This document shows, piece by piece, positions 8,782 to 19,630 of a stretch of DNA of 64,000 nucleotides. The DNA is from Bacteroidota bacterium. Its GTDB lineage: Bacteria; Bacteroidota; Bacteroidia; NS11-12g; UBA955. Where the stretch lies: positions 10,135-74,134 of the forward strand of contig JAURNR010000015.1 of NCBI GenBank assembly GCA_030830065.1, read 5' to 3'. A program made the translations under genes and the position numbers. The notes beneath the pieces are model-generated. The model searched no databases and had not been told where the DNA came from. It saw only the letters and a program-made list of their open reading frames with translations. Position 1 is the first letter of the stretch, and the number at the start of each line of letters is the position of its first letter.

Positions 8782-11046
8782 ATGGCTTTTGACATCAATG
8801 TAATCAGATCGGTTTATGAAAGAATGCCTGAGCGCATTAATGCTGCTCGTGAAATGGTAGGCAGACCTTTAACCCTAGCAGAGAAAATATTATATAACCA
8901 CTTGTGGGATAACCCTGCCAGCAGAGTTTTCCAACGCGCTGCTGATTATGTTGACTTTGCCCCTGACCGTGTGGCAATGCAGGATGCTACTGCACAGATG
9001 GCCTTATTGCAGTTTATGCAGGCAGGAAAACCCAAAGTTGCCGTTCCATCAACTGTTCATTGCGACCACTTAATTGTGGCTCAAAAAGGAGCAAAAACTG
9101 ACCTTGACGTTGCCAATTCGGATAGTAAAGAAGTATATGATTTCCTGGCTTCAGTTTCTAATAAATATGGTATTGGATTTTGGAAACCAGGAGCAGGTAT
9201 TATTCACCAAGTAGTACTTGAAAACTACGCATTCCCAGGTGGAATGATGATTGGTACCGACTCCCACACGGTAAATGCAGGTGGATTAGGAATGGTGGCC
9301 ATTGGTGTGGGTGGTGCTGATGCATGTGATGTAATGGCAGGTTTACCTTGGGAGTTAAAATGGCCTAAACTTATTGGTGTTAAATTAACAGGTAAATTAA
9401 ATGGTTGGACCGCACCGAAAGATGTTATTCTTAAAGTTGCGGGCTTATTAACTGTTAAAGGTGGTACTGGTGCTATTGTTGAATATTTTGGAGAAGGTGC
9501 TACAAATATGAGTTGTACTGGTAAAGGTACGATTTGCAATATGGGTGCAGAGATTGGCGCAACAACTTCTACTTTTGGTTATGATGAAGGTATGGAAAGA
9601 TATTTACGATCTACCGGACGTGCTGATGTTGCTGATTTGGCAAATGGAGTCAAAGAACATTTAACCGCTGATGACGAAGTATATGCCAACCCCGAAAATT
9701 ATTTTGATGAGGTTATTGAAATTGATTTAAATACTCTCGAACCTCACTTAAATGGCCCCTTCACTCCGGATCTAGCAACACCGATTTCAAAAATGAAAGA
9801 AGCTGCTGCTGCTAATGGATGGCCAACTAAAATAGAAGTGGGATTAATTGGTAGTTGTACTAACTCTTCTTATGAGGATATTTCAAGGGCTGAAAGCCTA
9901 GCAAAACAGGTTTCTGAAAAAAATCTAAAAACTAAAGCAGAATTCACAATTACGCCAGGATCTGAACAAGTTAGATACACTATTGAAAGAGATGGCTTCT
10001 TGGATACTTTTGATAAAATTGGGGCTAAGGTTTTTGCTAATGCTTGTGGACCCTGTATAGGGATGTGGAATCGCATGGGTGCAGATAAGCAGGAGAAGAA
10101 TACAATTGTTCATTCATTTAATAGAAACTTTGCTAAACGTGCAGACGGAAACCCAAATACATTTGCCTTTGTGGCTTCACCAGAATTAGTAACTGCATTA
10201 GCTATTGCTGGTGACTTAACTTTTAATCCATTAACCGATAAATTAACGAATGAAAATGGCGATGAAGTAATGCTTGATGCTCCTACTGGTTTTGAATTAC
10301 CAACCAATGGTTTTGCCGTTGAAGATGCCGGATTTATTGCTCCTGCAGAAGATGGCAGCATGGTTCAGGTAGTTGTAGATCCTAACAGTAAAAGATTACA
10401 AATTTTATCTCCATTTACAGCTTGGGAAGGAACAGATCTTAAGGGATTAAGACTCCTTATTAAAGCTAAAGGTAAATGTACAACGGACCATATTTCTATG
10501 GCTGGTCCGTGGTTAAAATTCAGAGGTCACCTCGATAATATCTCTGACAACATGCTTATTGGTGCTGTAAACTATTTCAATGAAAAAACAAACGAAGTAA
10601 AGAATCAACTTACTGGTCAATACGGCCCTGTACCACATACACAACGTGCTTACAAAGCAGCTGGTATTGGAAGTTTAGTGGTTGGTGATGAAAACTATGG
10701 AGAAGGAAGTTCTCGTGAACATGCAGCAATGGAGCCAAGGCATTTAGGTGTTCGTGCAGTTTTGGTTAAATCATTTGCTAGAATTCATGAAACTAACCTT
10801 AAGAAGCAAGGAATGTTGGCATTAACCTTTGCCGATAAAAACGATTACGATAAAATAATGGAAGACGATTCAATCGACGTCATAGGATTAACTGAATTTG
10901 TACCAGGTAAGTCTTTGAACATTGTTATAAAACATGCTGATGGATCTTCGGATACTATTGAAGTAACCCATAGCTACAATGAACAACAAATTGAGTGGTT
11001 CAAAGAAGGGGGTGCCTTAAACATTATCCGTAAATCTGCTCGATAA
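8782..11046 (+). CDS. acnA: Aconitate hydratase (mitochondrial-type, as is typical of Bacteroidota)
   Basis: [53 protein letters not shown] and [10 protein letters not shown]. Confidence 0.96.
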   Translation: MAFDINVIRSVYERMPERINAAREMVGRPLTLAEKILYNHLWDNPASRVFQRAADYVDFAPDRVAMQDATAQMALLQFMQAGKPKVAVPSTVHCDHLIVAQKGAKTDLDVANSDSKEVYDFLASVSNKYGIGFWKPGAGIIHQVVLENYAFPGGMMIGTDSHTVNAGGLGMVAIGVGGADACDVMAGLPWELKWPKLIGVKLTGKLNGWTAPKDVILKVAGLLTVKGGTGAIVEYFGEGATNMSCTGKGTICNMGAEIGATTSTFGYDEGMERYLRSTGRADVADLANGVKEHLTADDEVYANPENYFDEVIEIDLNTLEPHLNGPFTPDLATPISKMKEAAAANGWPTKIEVGLIGSCTNSSYEDISRAESLAKQVSEKNLKTKAEFTITPGSEQVRYTIERDGFLDTFDKIGAKVFANACGPCIGMWNRMGADKQEKNTIVHSFNRNFAKRADGNPNTFAFVASPELVTALAIAGDLTFNPLTDKLTNENGDEVMLDAPTGFELPTNGFAVEDAGFIAPAEDGSMVQVVVDPNSKRLQILSPFTAWEGTDLKGLRLLIKAKGKCTTDHISMAGPWLKFRGHLDNISDNMLIGAVNYFNEKTNEVKNQLTGQYGPVPHTQRAYKAAGIGSLVVGDENYGEGSSREHAAMEPRHLGVRAVLVKSFARIHETNLKKQGMLALTFADKNDYDKIMEDDSIDVIGLTEFVPGKSLNIVIKHADGSSDTIEVTHSYNEQQIEWFKEGGALNIIRKSAR

Positions 11047-11066
11047 AACTAAGACTATACCAAGTT

Positions 11067-11093
11067 AAAAGGGGCTCTAGAAGCCCTTTTTTT
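11067..11093 (+). terminator. Intrinsic terminator after aconitase
   Basis: AAAAGGGGCT-ctaga-AGCCCTTTTTTT hairpin with T tract. Confidence 0.8.
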
Positions 11094-11430
11094 GTTAAAT
11101 AATAGTTATTTAGTGCATTATCTATGGGAATTGTTGTCCTTAAATATCCAAGAGATTATCGGCAATTATTTATTTTTCTTTTGCAAAATTGAATATTAAA
11201 TATGGCATTTTCGTAGTGTATTTACAATTGAAAACCACCTTATTTTGTTAATTGTAATTATTTTGTTGAAAAAAAACAGTTAAGATTATTCTCGGTAGAT
11301 TGCCAGCCGATAAATTTACTTATTGTATTTATTACAATTTCTAAAATCAATAAAACTAGGAATCTAACAAATACTATTTGTTAAAATTATTCTTATTACT
11401 CGCAAATATTTTCAAATAGACAGCTTATGT

Positions 11431-11496
11431 AGTGTTTAACTTTTGAAATGAAACACTGAAAACACTTAGAATAATCGGTTTGTAATCATATTTTTG
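11431..11496 (+). promoter_or_regulatory. Promoter and candidate operator sites of the beta-glucan cluster
   Basis: -7 box TATTTTTG at 11489-11496. LacI-like TAATCGGTTT at 11472-11481. AGTGTTT at 11431 with complementary AAACACT at 11451 and 11460. Confidence 0.45.
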
Positions 11497-11509
11497 GGAG
11501 TTTAACAAA

Positions 11510-14500
11510 ATGAATTCCGAATCAAATATTTATTTAGGTAATAAGAAAATAAATTCTGTTGATGCTGAGGTAAAAGGGCATGAGGTAGAAATTAACAATG
11601 AAGTTTTTTATAAAATTTCAAACTTAGATGGAATGAGGCCTTTCTTCATGAGTATTGTCAGTAGCTCGGATCATTGGTTCTTTATCTCCAGTACAGGAGG
11701 TATTAGCGCAGGAAGAAAAAATCCAAGCTTTGCACTATTCCCTTATTACACCGACGATAAGATTTCTGAGTCAAGTGAATACACGGGATCAAAAACCATA
11801 CTTTTAGTAAAGAAGGAAGATAAAACCTATTTATGGGAACCCTTTTCCATACGCAACCATGGTATATACAAAATCACCAGAAATTTATATAAAAATTACT
11901 GTGGCAATAAAGTCATCTTTGAAGAAATCAACCATGATTTGAATTTGACATTTGTATATGAATGGAATACAAGTGATGAATATGGGTTTATCAGAAAGTC
12001 TCGTCTCGAAAATTTAACACAGGATAATATAACGGTTAGAGTGTTGGATGGGATTCAAAATATATTGCCTTATGGAGTAGATGAGGGACTTCAAAACAGC
12101 ACTAGTAATTTGGTAGATGCTTATAAAAAATGTGAATTAGAAACAGATTCTGGTTTAGGTATATACTCACTCAGCGCAATTATTGTTGACAAAGCAGAAC
12201 CAAGTGAAGCATTAAAGGCAAATTTGGTCTGGTCTATTGGGCTTAATAACTCGAAAAAACTACTCTCATCTCTTCAGTTAGATAATTTCCGATTTGGGAA
12301 AAACATAATTCAGGAAGTCGACATTAAGGCAGAAAGAGGTGCTTATTTCGTAGAAAAAGAAGTTCCATTAAAACCCTTGGGCACAGAAAATTGGATGATA
12401 GTGGCAAACGTCAATCAAAATATGAACAACGTGGTAAAGATAAAAAGTGAACTTACCGATCCTGATACTCTATTGACCAAGATTTATAATTCTGTCTCGG
12501 CTGGCACAGAAGAACTGATAAAGATTGTAGCATCTTCGGACGGATTGCAAGCAACTTCAGACAGCTTGCGTGTTGCTCGACATTTTGCCAATACGCTCTT
12601 TAATGTGATGCGCGGGGGAGTTTTCGATGATAATTATATAATTGAAAAGGGAGATTTCAATAAATATTTGAAAAAGGCAAACCTTAAAGTATATGCAAAA
12701 AGATCAGAAGTAATTGGTGGCCTGCCTGAAACATTTACATCAGACTATTTGAAAGAAATTATTCGAGAGGAATCAAATAAAGATTTTAAACGGTTAGCTC
12801 TTGAATATTTACCATTAAAGTTTAGCAGAAGACATGGTGATCCTAGCAGACCATGGAATAAGTTCTCAATTAACACAAAAGGTGAAGAAGACGGTTTAAA
12901 AATTTTGGATTACCAAGGGAATTGGAGAGATATTTTTCAAAACTGGGAGGCATTAGTTCACGCATATCCAGAATTCATTGAAGGTATGATTAGTAAGTTC
13001 TTAAATGCTACTACATTTGATGGATATAATCCTTACCGCGTCACAAAAGATGGATTTGACTGGGAAACTATTGAACCTGATAATCCGTGGTCATACATAG
13101 GGTACTGGGGAGATCATCAAATCATTTACTTATTAAAATTTCTAGAATTCATTGAAAATGTATATCCAAAAAGATTGGAAAACTATTTTACTGAAGAATT
13201 ATTTGTTTATGCGAATGTTCCCTACCGAATTAAGGATTATCCAAGTATTTTAAAGGATCCTAAAAACACAATTGACTTTGACCATGAATCTGAAAACAAA
13301 ATACAGAAAAAACGATTAGAAGTTGGTTCAGATGGAGCCTTACTTTGGGGAAACGCCCAAGATATCTATCACGTAAATTTTATTGAAAAAATATTGGCAA
13401 CCCTACTGGCTAAGGTTTCCAACTTCATTCCTGAAGGCGGTATTTGGATGAATACCCAAAGACCCGAATGGAACGATGCAAATAATGCATTGGTAGGGAA
13501 TGGAGTGTCGATGGTTACATTGTATTATTTGAGAAGATTTTTAGATTTCTTCCGACAGATATTAGAAAATACAGCAATCAACGAAGTACAGGTATCAGTT
13601 GAATTATTGGATCAATTTGATATAATATACGAGACTTTCATCACTCATGAAACTTTATTAACTGGCATCATCAATGATAGTGATAGAAAAAAGGTGGTTG
13701 ATCAGTTAGGTTCTGCAGCCAGCGAATACAGAAGAAAGATTTACACCGAAGGATTCACCCAAGAAAAAGGAGAATTAAAAACAAACCGGTTAAAAGCATT
13801 TGTTTCAATAACTCAACGCTTTCTAGAACATTCAATTCGAGCAAATAAACGTCCCGACAATTTATACCATGCCTACAATCTAATGACGGTAAAGAACACT
13901 GAAGAAATTTCTATTTCTTATTTACCAGAAATGTTAGAGGGACAAGTTTCTGTTTTAAGTTCAGGATACTTAGAAACCGAAGCAGTTATAGAACTTTTAG
14001 ACGCGCTTAAAGCAAGCAAATTATTTAGAGCAGATCAATACAGCTACATTCTTTATCCAAATAAATCCTTACCACGTTTCGTAAATAAAAATACTATTTC
14101 GGAGGATCAGGTAAATTCATCCGAACTGCTTAAAAAGTTAGTTCATGATGGAAATAGGCATATCGTTCGTAAAGACCTAAAGGGAGAATACCATTTCAAC
14201 GGTAACTTAAAAAATGCAGATTTCTTGAAAAAAGCATTGAAAGAACTTCCCTTAGTATATCAAGAACTTGTTGCAAAGGATTCTCAAATTATTCTAGATA
14301 CTTATGAGGAAAATTTTGATCATAAATCCTTCACTGGAAGGTCTGGGACTTTCTTTGGTTATGAGGGATTAGGTTCTATCTATTGGCATATGGTGTCAAA
14401 ACTAAGATTAGCTGCCTTGGAAGTGACTGAAAAATCAGTGACTGCGAAAGTAAATGCTAAATCCATAGGGAAGTTGTTTGATCATTATTTTGAAATAAAG

Positions 14501-14983
14501 GCTGGTATAGGAGCACACAAATCTCCAAAGCTATACGGAGCTTTCCCCACCGACCCTTATTCGCATACTCCAGAAGGAAGAGGTGCTCAGCAACCTGGTA
14601 TGACTGGCCAAGTTAAGGAAGATATTTTGTGTAGATTTGGTGAACTCGGAGTAAAGATTCAAGCCGGTCGTTATTATTTTAATCCTGTTCTTTTTGATAT
14701 TTCAGAGTATCTCTCTCAAAATACTCAGTTTGTTTATTACAATGTTCACCAACAAAAACAAACCGTACTAATTGAGAGAGGTGGCCTAGCATTTACAGTT
14801 TGTCAGGTTTTAGTTGAATATAGAAGATCAGAAAATGCAAACATCGAAATTCATTTTGAAAATGGTCAAACTCAAATTATCGAAGGAAATAAACTTGATG
14901 AAACCAACTCTCAAGAAATCTACAAACGGACGGGTAAAATACGCGCTCTTAAGGTAAATGTACCCCAAAATGATAAATTTTAA
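11510..14983 (+). CDS. Putative beta-1,3-glucan phosphorylase (GH149-like)
   Basis: 1157 aa with no signal peptide. Motifs PFFMSIVSSSDHW, FSRRHGDPSRPWNKF, YQGNWRDIFQNWEAL, WMNTQRPEWNDANNAL, YEGLGSIYWHMVSKL and FPTDPYSHTP...QQPGMTGQVKE. Neighbours GH17 genes. Confidence 0.82.
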   Translation: MNSESNIYLGNKKINSVDAEVKGHEVEINNEVFYKISNLDGMRPFFMSIVSSSDHWFFISSTGGISAGRKNPSFALFPYYTDDKISESSEYTGSKTILLVKKEDKTYLWEPFSIRNHGIYKITRNLYKNYCGNKVIFEEINHDLNLTFVYEWNTSDEYGFIRKSRLENLTQDNITVRVLDGIQNILPYGVDEGLQNSTSNLVDAYKKCELETDSGLGIYSLSAIIVDKAEPSEALKANLVWSIGLNNSKKLLSSLQLDNFRFGKNIIQEVDIKAERGAYFVEKEVPLKPLGTENWMIVANVNQNMNNVVKIKSELTDPDTLLTKIYNSVSAGTEELIKIVASSDGLQATSDSLRVARHFANTLFNVMRGGVFDDNYIIEKGDFNKYLKKANLKVYAKRSEVIGGLPETFTSDYLKEIIREESNKDFKRLALEYLPLKFSRRHGDPSRPWNKFSINTKGEEDGLKILDYQGNWRDIFQNWEALVHAYPEFIEGMISKFLNATTFDGYNPYRVTKDGFDWETIEPDNPWSYIGYWGDHQIIYLLKFLEFIENVYPKRLENYFTEELFVYANVPYRIKDYPSILKDPKNTIDFDHESENKIQKKRLEVGSDGALLWGNAQDIYHVNFIEKILATLLAKVSNFIPEGGIWMNTQRPEWNDANNALVGNGVSMVTLYYLRRFLDFFRQILENTAINEVQVSVELLDQFDIIYETFITHETLLTGIINDSDRKKVVDQLGSAASEYRRKIYTEGFTQEKGELKTNRLKAFVSITQRFLEHSIRANKRPDNLYHAYNLMTVKNTEEISISYLPEMLEGQVSVLSSGYLETEAVIELLDALKASKLFRADQYSYILYPNKSLPRFVNKNTISEDQVNSSELLKKLVHDGNRHIVRKDLKGEYHFNGNLKNADFLKKALKELPLVYQELVAKDSQIILDTYEENFDHKSFTGRSGTFFGYEGLGSIYWHMVSKLRLAALEVTEKSVTAKVNAKSIGKLFDHYFEIKAGIGAHKSPKLYGAFPTDPYSHTPEGRGAQQPGMTGQVKEDILCRFGELGVKIQAGRYYFNPVLFDISEYLSQNTQFVYYNVHQQKQTVLIERGGLAFTVCQVLVEYRRSENANIEIHFENGQTQIIEGNKLDETNSQEIYKRTGKIRALKVNVPQNDKF

Positions 14984-16256
14984 TTTATTCTGTAACATAA
15001 CTCAACGCATAATAACAACCGTATTGATAGGGTTATTGATCCTATCGTGCCAAAACGAAAAGAAAGAATTGGAGAAACAATCAATTACAGCCGAACAAAT
15101 TTTAGGTAATCCAGAATATCTTGCAATGTCTTATGGCGGATATCGTCACGGGACAAGAGATGAACAACCATCCATTTCTGACATTCAAGAGGACCTGTTA
15201 TTAATGAGTGCCTCAGGTATTAAAATCATCCGAACATATAATTTACAATTTCCACAGGCAGAAAATATTTTGAAAGCTGTCAGAAAAATTAAAGAAACAC
15301 AACCCAAATTTGAAATGTATGTAATGCTTGGTGCATGGATTGATTGCAAAAATGCATGGTCAGACCAACCTGTAGATCACGGAGCAGAAAATTTGGTAAA
15401 TAATTCCTCGGAGATACTTAAAGCTATCAAATTAGCGAATCAATATCCGGATATCATAAAAATCATTTCAGTTGGTAATGAAGCGATGGTGCATTGGGCC
15501 ACCTCCTATTTCGTAGAACCCGAAATTATTTTAAAGTGGGTGAAGTATCTTCAAAAAGCAAAAGACAACAATGAACTCCCTAAAGATATCTGGATAACTA
15601 GTTCCGATAACTTTGCTTCTTGGGGTGGAGGTGGATCTGAATATCACAATGTACATCTTGACTCACTGATTAAAGCTGTTGATTATCTTTCTGTTCATAC
15701 CTACCCTTTTCATGATACACACTATAATCCAGAATTTTGGGAAAGTCCGATAGAGGAGAAAGAGATATCGGATTCTCAGAAAGTAGGAAACGCAATGGAT
15801 CGTGCTGTTCAATATGCGATAGATCAATTTAATGAGGTACAATACTATCTCAAGAAATTAGGAGTAGAAAAACCTTTGCATATCGGCGAAACTGGTTGGG
15901 CATCAGTATCCCAAGGATTATACGGTGACTCCGGTTCTAGGGCAGCCGATGAATACAAGCAAGCACTGTACTACAAAAAAATGCGCAAATGGACTAATAA
16001 GAATAAGATATCTTGTTTCTACTTCGAGGCATTTGATGAAAAGTGGAAAGATCCCAACCATAAAAATGGCTCCGAGAACCACTTCGGGTTATTTACCATA
16101 GATGGAAAAGCTAAAATGGCCCTTTGGGGAGAAGTAGAAAATGGAATATTTAATGGACTAGGCCGCAACGGTTCTGAAGTTACCAAAACCTTTGATGGAC
16201 ACGAAAAATTAGTACGGAAAACAGTATTTCCTCCAAAAAATAAAGATCAAAAATGA
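14970..16256 (+). CDS. GH17 beta-1,3-glucanase, lipoprotein
   Basis: Lipobox ILSC, IIRTY, acid/base motif SVGNEA, nucleophile motif IGETGW, and FYFEAFDEKWK...SENHFGL. Confidence 0.88.
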   Translation: MINFNLFCNITQRIITTVLIGLLILSCQNEKKELEKQSITAEQILGNPEYLAMSYGGYRHGTRDEQPSISDIQEDLLLMSASGIKIIRTYNLQFPQAENILKAVRKIKETQPKFEMYVMLGAWIDCKNAWSDQPVDHGAENLVNNSSEILKAIKLANQYPDIIKIISVGNEAMVHWATSYFVEPEIILKWVKYLQKAKDNNELPKDIWITSSDNFASWGGGGSEYHNVHLDSLIKAVDYLSVHTYPFHDTHYNPEFWESPIEEKEISDSQKVGNAMDRAVQYAIDQFNEVQYYLKKLGVEKPLHIGETGWASVSQGLYGDSGSRAADEYKQALYYKKMRKWTNKNKISCFYFEAFDEKWKDPNHKNGSENHFGLFTIDGKAKMALWGEVENGIFNGLGRNGSEVTKTFDGHEKLVRKTVFPPKNKDQK

Positions 16257-17290
16257 AAATAATCGCTATTGTAATTAGTTTACTCTTGATAATAGGTAAT
16301 ACCAAATGTTTGAACGATACCACGGTGGTAGAAATTTCGGGTAAGCATTTAACAATAAACGGACAGGATTATTTTATAAAAGGAGTTTGCTATCACCCTG
16401 TAAAAAAAGGCCAAACCAAACGCAGTTTTTACATGCTGGACCAAGATTTATCCTTAATGCAAGAAGCGGGTATCAATACCGTGCGTGTTTATTCTCCAAT
16501 AGATAATATTACGGTATTAGATAAATTCTTTGAAGCAGGAATTAAAGTCATCATAGGGATTGGATACAATCAAGAAGGGGAATACGATATACTTTCGGGA
16601 TCATTTATTAATTATGTAAAAAAATACTCTACTCACCCTTCCATTTTAATGTGGGAATTAGGAAATGAGTATAACTATCATCCCGAGTGGTTTGAAGGTG
16701 ACATCAAAAATTGGTATAATGCATTGAGCGAAGCCGCCAGATTAATTCAGCGTATCGACTCAAATCATCCGGTTTCAACTGCACATGGGGAAATACCCGA
16801 CTCCACAGCACTTGTACAAATTAAGCATATTGATATTTGGGGGTTAAATATTTACCGCTGGGATCAACCCGAAACAGCCATCAAAGATTGGAAGATAAAA
16901 TCCAGTATGCCTTTTTACTATTCAGAAGTTGGAGCAGATAGTTACATGAAAATAACCCAAGGGGAATTTTTAGAAGGAGAAAATCAAAAAGCACAAGCCA
17001 ATGCCAACGGAAAAATTGTAGAGGTCATTATGGAAAATCAACAGGAGGTTGCTGGCGTAACCATCTTCTCATTCGTTGATGGTTGGTGGAAGGCAGGTAA
17101 TCCCAACCAACAAGATATTGGTGGATGGGCACCCAATAGCAGCGGTGTGCCATATGATGGAACTCCGAACGAGGAATACTGGGGTATAGTTGATATCAAT
17201 CGTAATAAAAAAAGAACATTTGATATTATTAAGCAAAAGTTCAATTCGAAAAATACATCCCAAAGGGATTCATTTCACAAACAAAATTAA
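16253..17290 (+). CDS. Secreted clan GH-A TIM-barrel glycoside hydrolase (GH2-TIM-like / possible GH158 beta-1,3-glucanase)
   Basis: Hydrophobic N-terminus; INGQDYFIKGVCY, DLSLMQEAGINTVRVY, WELGNEYN (acid/base), YSEVG (nucleophile) and NEEYWGIVD. Confidence 0.72.
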   Translation: MKIIAIVISLLLIIGNTKCLNDTTVVEISGKHLTINGQDYFIKGVCYHPVKKGQTKRSFYMLDQDLSLMQEAGINTVRVYSPIDNITVLDKFFEAGIKVIIGIGYNQEGEYDILSGSFINYVKKYSTHPSILMWELGNEYNYHPEWFEGDIKNWYNALSEAARLIQRIDSNHPVSTAHGEIPDSTALVQIKHIDIWGLNIYRWDQPETAIKDWKIKSSMPFYYSEVGADSYMKITQGEFLEGENQKAQANANGKIVEVIMENQQEVAGVTIFSFVDGWWKAGNPNQQDIGGWAPNSSGVPYDGTPNEEYWGIVDINRNKKRTFDIIKQKFNSKNTSQRDSFHKQN

Positions 17291-17301
17291 ACTGACATTC
17301 A

Positions 17302-18729
17302 ATGGAAAATTTAGAATCTATTATCACCCAAAAAGTTAGCCTTGGAAAGAAGGTCGCCTTTGGCTTTGGTATGCTTGCCCAACAAATGTTTCCCGCTGTA
17401 TTAGGCGTGTTTATTATCGTGCTAGTCCAAGACCTGGGATTTGCTGCTATATTATGGGGGATTATACAATTTTTACCCCGCATTTTTGATGCTATCACCG
17501 ATCCCATCATGGGATTTATTTCCGATAATACCAAATCAAAATGGGGACGCCGCAGGCAATACATATTTGTAGGCGCCCTAATATCAGGAATAGCTTATGT
17601 TGCGATGTGGCAGCTTTTCAAAGAGAACGGAATTACCTACAATTTCATTTACTTCCTCTCTTGCTCCTTGGTATTTTATTTAGGGTTTACCATTTTCAGC
17701 GTGCCTTATGTAGCATTGGCATATGAAATAAGTGAGGATTTCCATGAACGAACACAAATCATGGCAGTATCCCAATTTATTGGTCAATGGGCATGGGTAA
17801 TAGCACCTTGGTTCTGGGTAATTCTTTATGATCCTAAATGGTTCCCAGAAGGTGCTGCTCAGGGGGTTCGGGATCTTTCCATTTGGGTAGCTATTCCATG
17901 TACGCTATTTGCAATGATACCGGCAATTTTCATCAAAACTAAATCAACACTAGATAGGAAGGATTTCTTACCTATTACAGGTAGTTACATAACAAAAAGC
18001 CTAAAAGGTATTTTCACTTCCGCATTTGAAGCTTTTAAAATTAAGCAATTTCGACAAATCGCGATTTCTACATTCTTAATTTTTAACTCATTCAATGTGG
18101 TAGCTTCTTTTACTTTTTTGATAATTGTACATTACTTGTTCGGAGGACAGCCAGCTTCCGCGGGAAATTGGCCAGCATTACATGGTTCTGTTGGCGCTTT
18201 GGTGACTTCATTTTTAGTAATTCCTGTTGTTACTTTCATGTCAAAGAAGTTAGGTAAGAAAAAAGCATTTATAATATCACAGTGCATCTCGGTAATTGGT
18301 TATATCTTATTCTGGTTTTTATTTGTTCCAGGGAAGCCATATCTATTTTTGTTTGCTCTCCCCTTTCATTCTTTTGGTATCGGAGGATTATTTACCATAA
18401 TGATGAGTATGACTGCGGATGTTTGTGATCTTGATGAATTAAAGACTGGTCAACGTAGAGAAGGGGTATTAGGCGCAGTTTATTGGTGGATGGTGAAATT
18501 AGGTTTCGGCGTTGCCGCATTAGCGGGCGGTCTGATTCTTACAGGCGTTGGATTTGATGCTGAAAATGTTACGGCCACCTCAATTCAAGGTATGCGACTA
18601 TTTTATACATTCCTTCCTATTGCGGGCGTAATCGGAGCTATACTCATCATGAAAAATTATGATATCACAGAAGAGAAAGCCAAAGAAATAAAGTTAGAAC
18701 TATCAAAGAAAAAATCAAGTAATCAATAA
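17302..18729 (+). CDS. MFS / GPH-family sugar (oligosaccharide) transporter
   Basis: About 12 hydrophobic segments; RIFDAITDPIMGFISDNTKSKWGRRRQY, FSVPY...ERT and MTADVCDLDELKTGQRREG. Confidence 0.92.
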   Translation: MENLESIITQKVSLGKKVAFGFGMLAQQMFPAVLGVFIIVLVQDLGFAAILWGIIQFLPRIFDAITDPIMGFISDNTKSKWGRRRQYIFVGALISGIAYVAMWQLFKENGITYNFIYFLSCSLVFYLGFTIFSVPYVALAYEISEDFHERTQIMAVSQFIGQWAWVIAPWFWVILYDPKWFPEGAAQGVRDLSIWVAIPCTLFAMIPAIFIKTKSTLDRKDFLPITGSYITKSLKGIFTSAFEAFKIKQFRQIAISTFLIFNSFNVVASFTFLIIVHYLFGGQPASAGNWPALHGSVGALVTSFLVIPVVTFMSKKLGKKKAFIISQCISVIGYILFWFLFVPGKPYLFLFALPFHSFGIGGLFTIMMSMTADVCDLDELKTGQRREGVLGAVYWWMVKLGFGVAALAGGLILTGVGFDAENVTATSIQGMRLFYTFLPIAGVIGAILIMKNYDITEEKAKEIKLELSKKKSSNQ

Positions 18730-18740
18730 AAGGTCTTTTT

Positions 18741-19625
18741 ATGTCATATAGAAAAGAAAAAGTTAAATCACTACTAGGCATTGATACCAATCAATTGGAT
18801 GAGAGTTCACTTCAAAAACTGAGCCGCAGTGCACTCGAAGAAGGAATTCACGGGTTATGTTTTAGTCCTTATGATAAGGGGCAAAAACCGGGCGATCTAA
18901 TAAGTGAGTCTCAAATCCGGAAAAAGCTAGAAATCATTCGTCCCTACACCCAATGGATTCGAACCTTCTCATGTACAGAAGGAAACGAACAAATACCTGT
19001 ATTGGCAAAAGAATATGGTTTTAAAACTTTAGTTGGGGCTTGGTTGAGCGACGATAATGAAGTAAACCAAAATGAAATCCAAGGATTAATTGAGTTAGCT
19101 CAAAAAGGATTTATTGATATTGCTGCAGTGGGTAATGAAGTTATGTATAGAGGTGAAATGGAAGAAGAAGAACTCATTGATTATATAAAGAAGGTACAAC
19201 AAGCGATTCCTGATATTCCTGTAGGGTATGTTGATGCATATTATGAGTTCACTGATCGTCCAAAGATAACGGAGGAATGTGATATTATTTTAGCTAACTG
19301 TTATCCCTTTTGGGAAGGTTGCAGTTTAGAGTATTCCTTGGTGTACATGAAACAAATGTACGAACAAGCAAAAACAGCTGGGAAAGGCAAAAAAGTAATC
19401 ATTACAGAAACAGGTTGGCCAAGTCAAGGGGCTAATTTTGAAGCATCTATACCTAGCTATTCCAATTCCTTAAGGTACTTTATCAATGCGCAAAATTGGT
19501 CAAATGAAGATAATATCCCGATGTTCTATTTCTCATCTTTTGACGAATCATGGAAGGTTGATTCTGAGGGTGATGTAGGAGCATATTGGGGTTTGTGGGA
19601 CCAGGACGAAAAACTTAAATTCTAA
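18741..19625 (+). CDS. GH17 glycoside hydrolase, no signal peptide
   Basis: GLCFSPY, WIRTFS, AVGNEV, NCYPFWEG, ITETGWPS and FYFSSFDESWK...WGLW. Confidence 0.9.
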   Translation: MSYRKEKVKSLLGIDTNQLDESSLQKLSRSALEEGIHGLCFSPYDKGQKPGDLISESQIRKKLEIIRPYTQWIRTFSCTEGNEQIPVLAKEYGFKTLVGAWLSDDNEVNQNEIQGLIELAQKGFIDIAAVGNEVMYRGEMEEEELIDYIKKVQQAIPDIPVGYVDAYYEFTDRPKITEECDIILANCYPFWEGCSLEYSLVYMKQMYEQAKTAGKGKKVIITETGWPSQGANFEASIPSYSNSLRYFINAQNWSNEDNIPMFYFSSFDESWKVDSEGDVGAYWGLWDQDEKLKF

Positions 19626-19630
19626 AACTA

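Noticed and set aside
8658-8798. N-terminal extensions and overlap of ruvC and aconitase in the ORF track
   Set aside because: An artefact of longest-ORF calling. Homology begins at ATG 8657 and ATG 8782, and the gap contains promoter boxes.
11285-11315. Possible riboswitch or ncRNA hairpin (TCGG...CCGA) in the long intergenic gap
   Set aside because: The stem is too short and no recognisable RNA family motif is present.
18700-18745. Programmed frameshift fusing MFS and GH17
   Set aside because: The GH17 frame is closed by TAA at 18720-18722, leaving only a few bases with no slippery sequence before the MFS stop.
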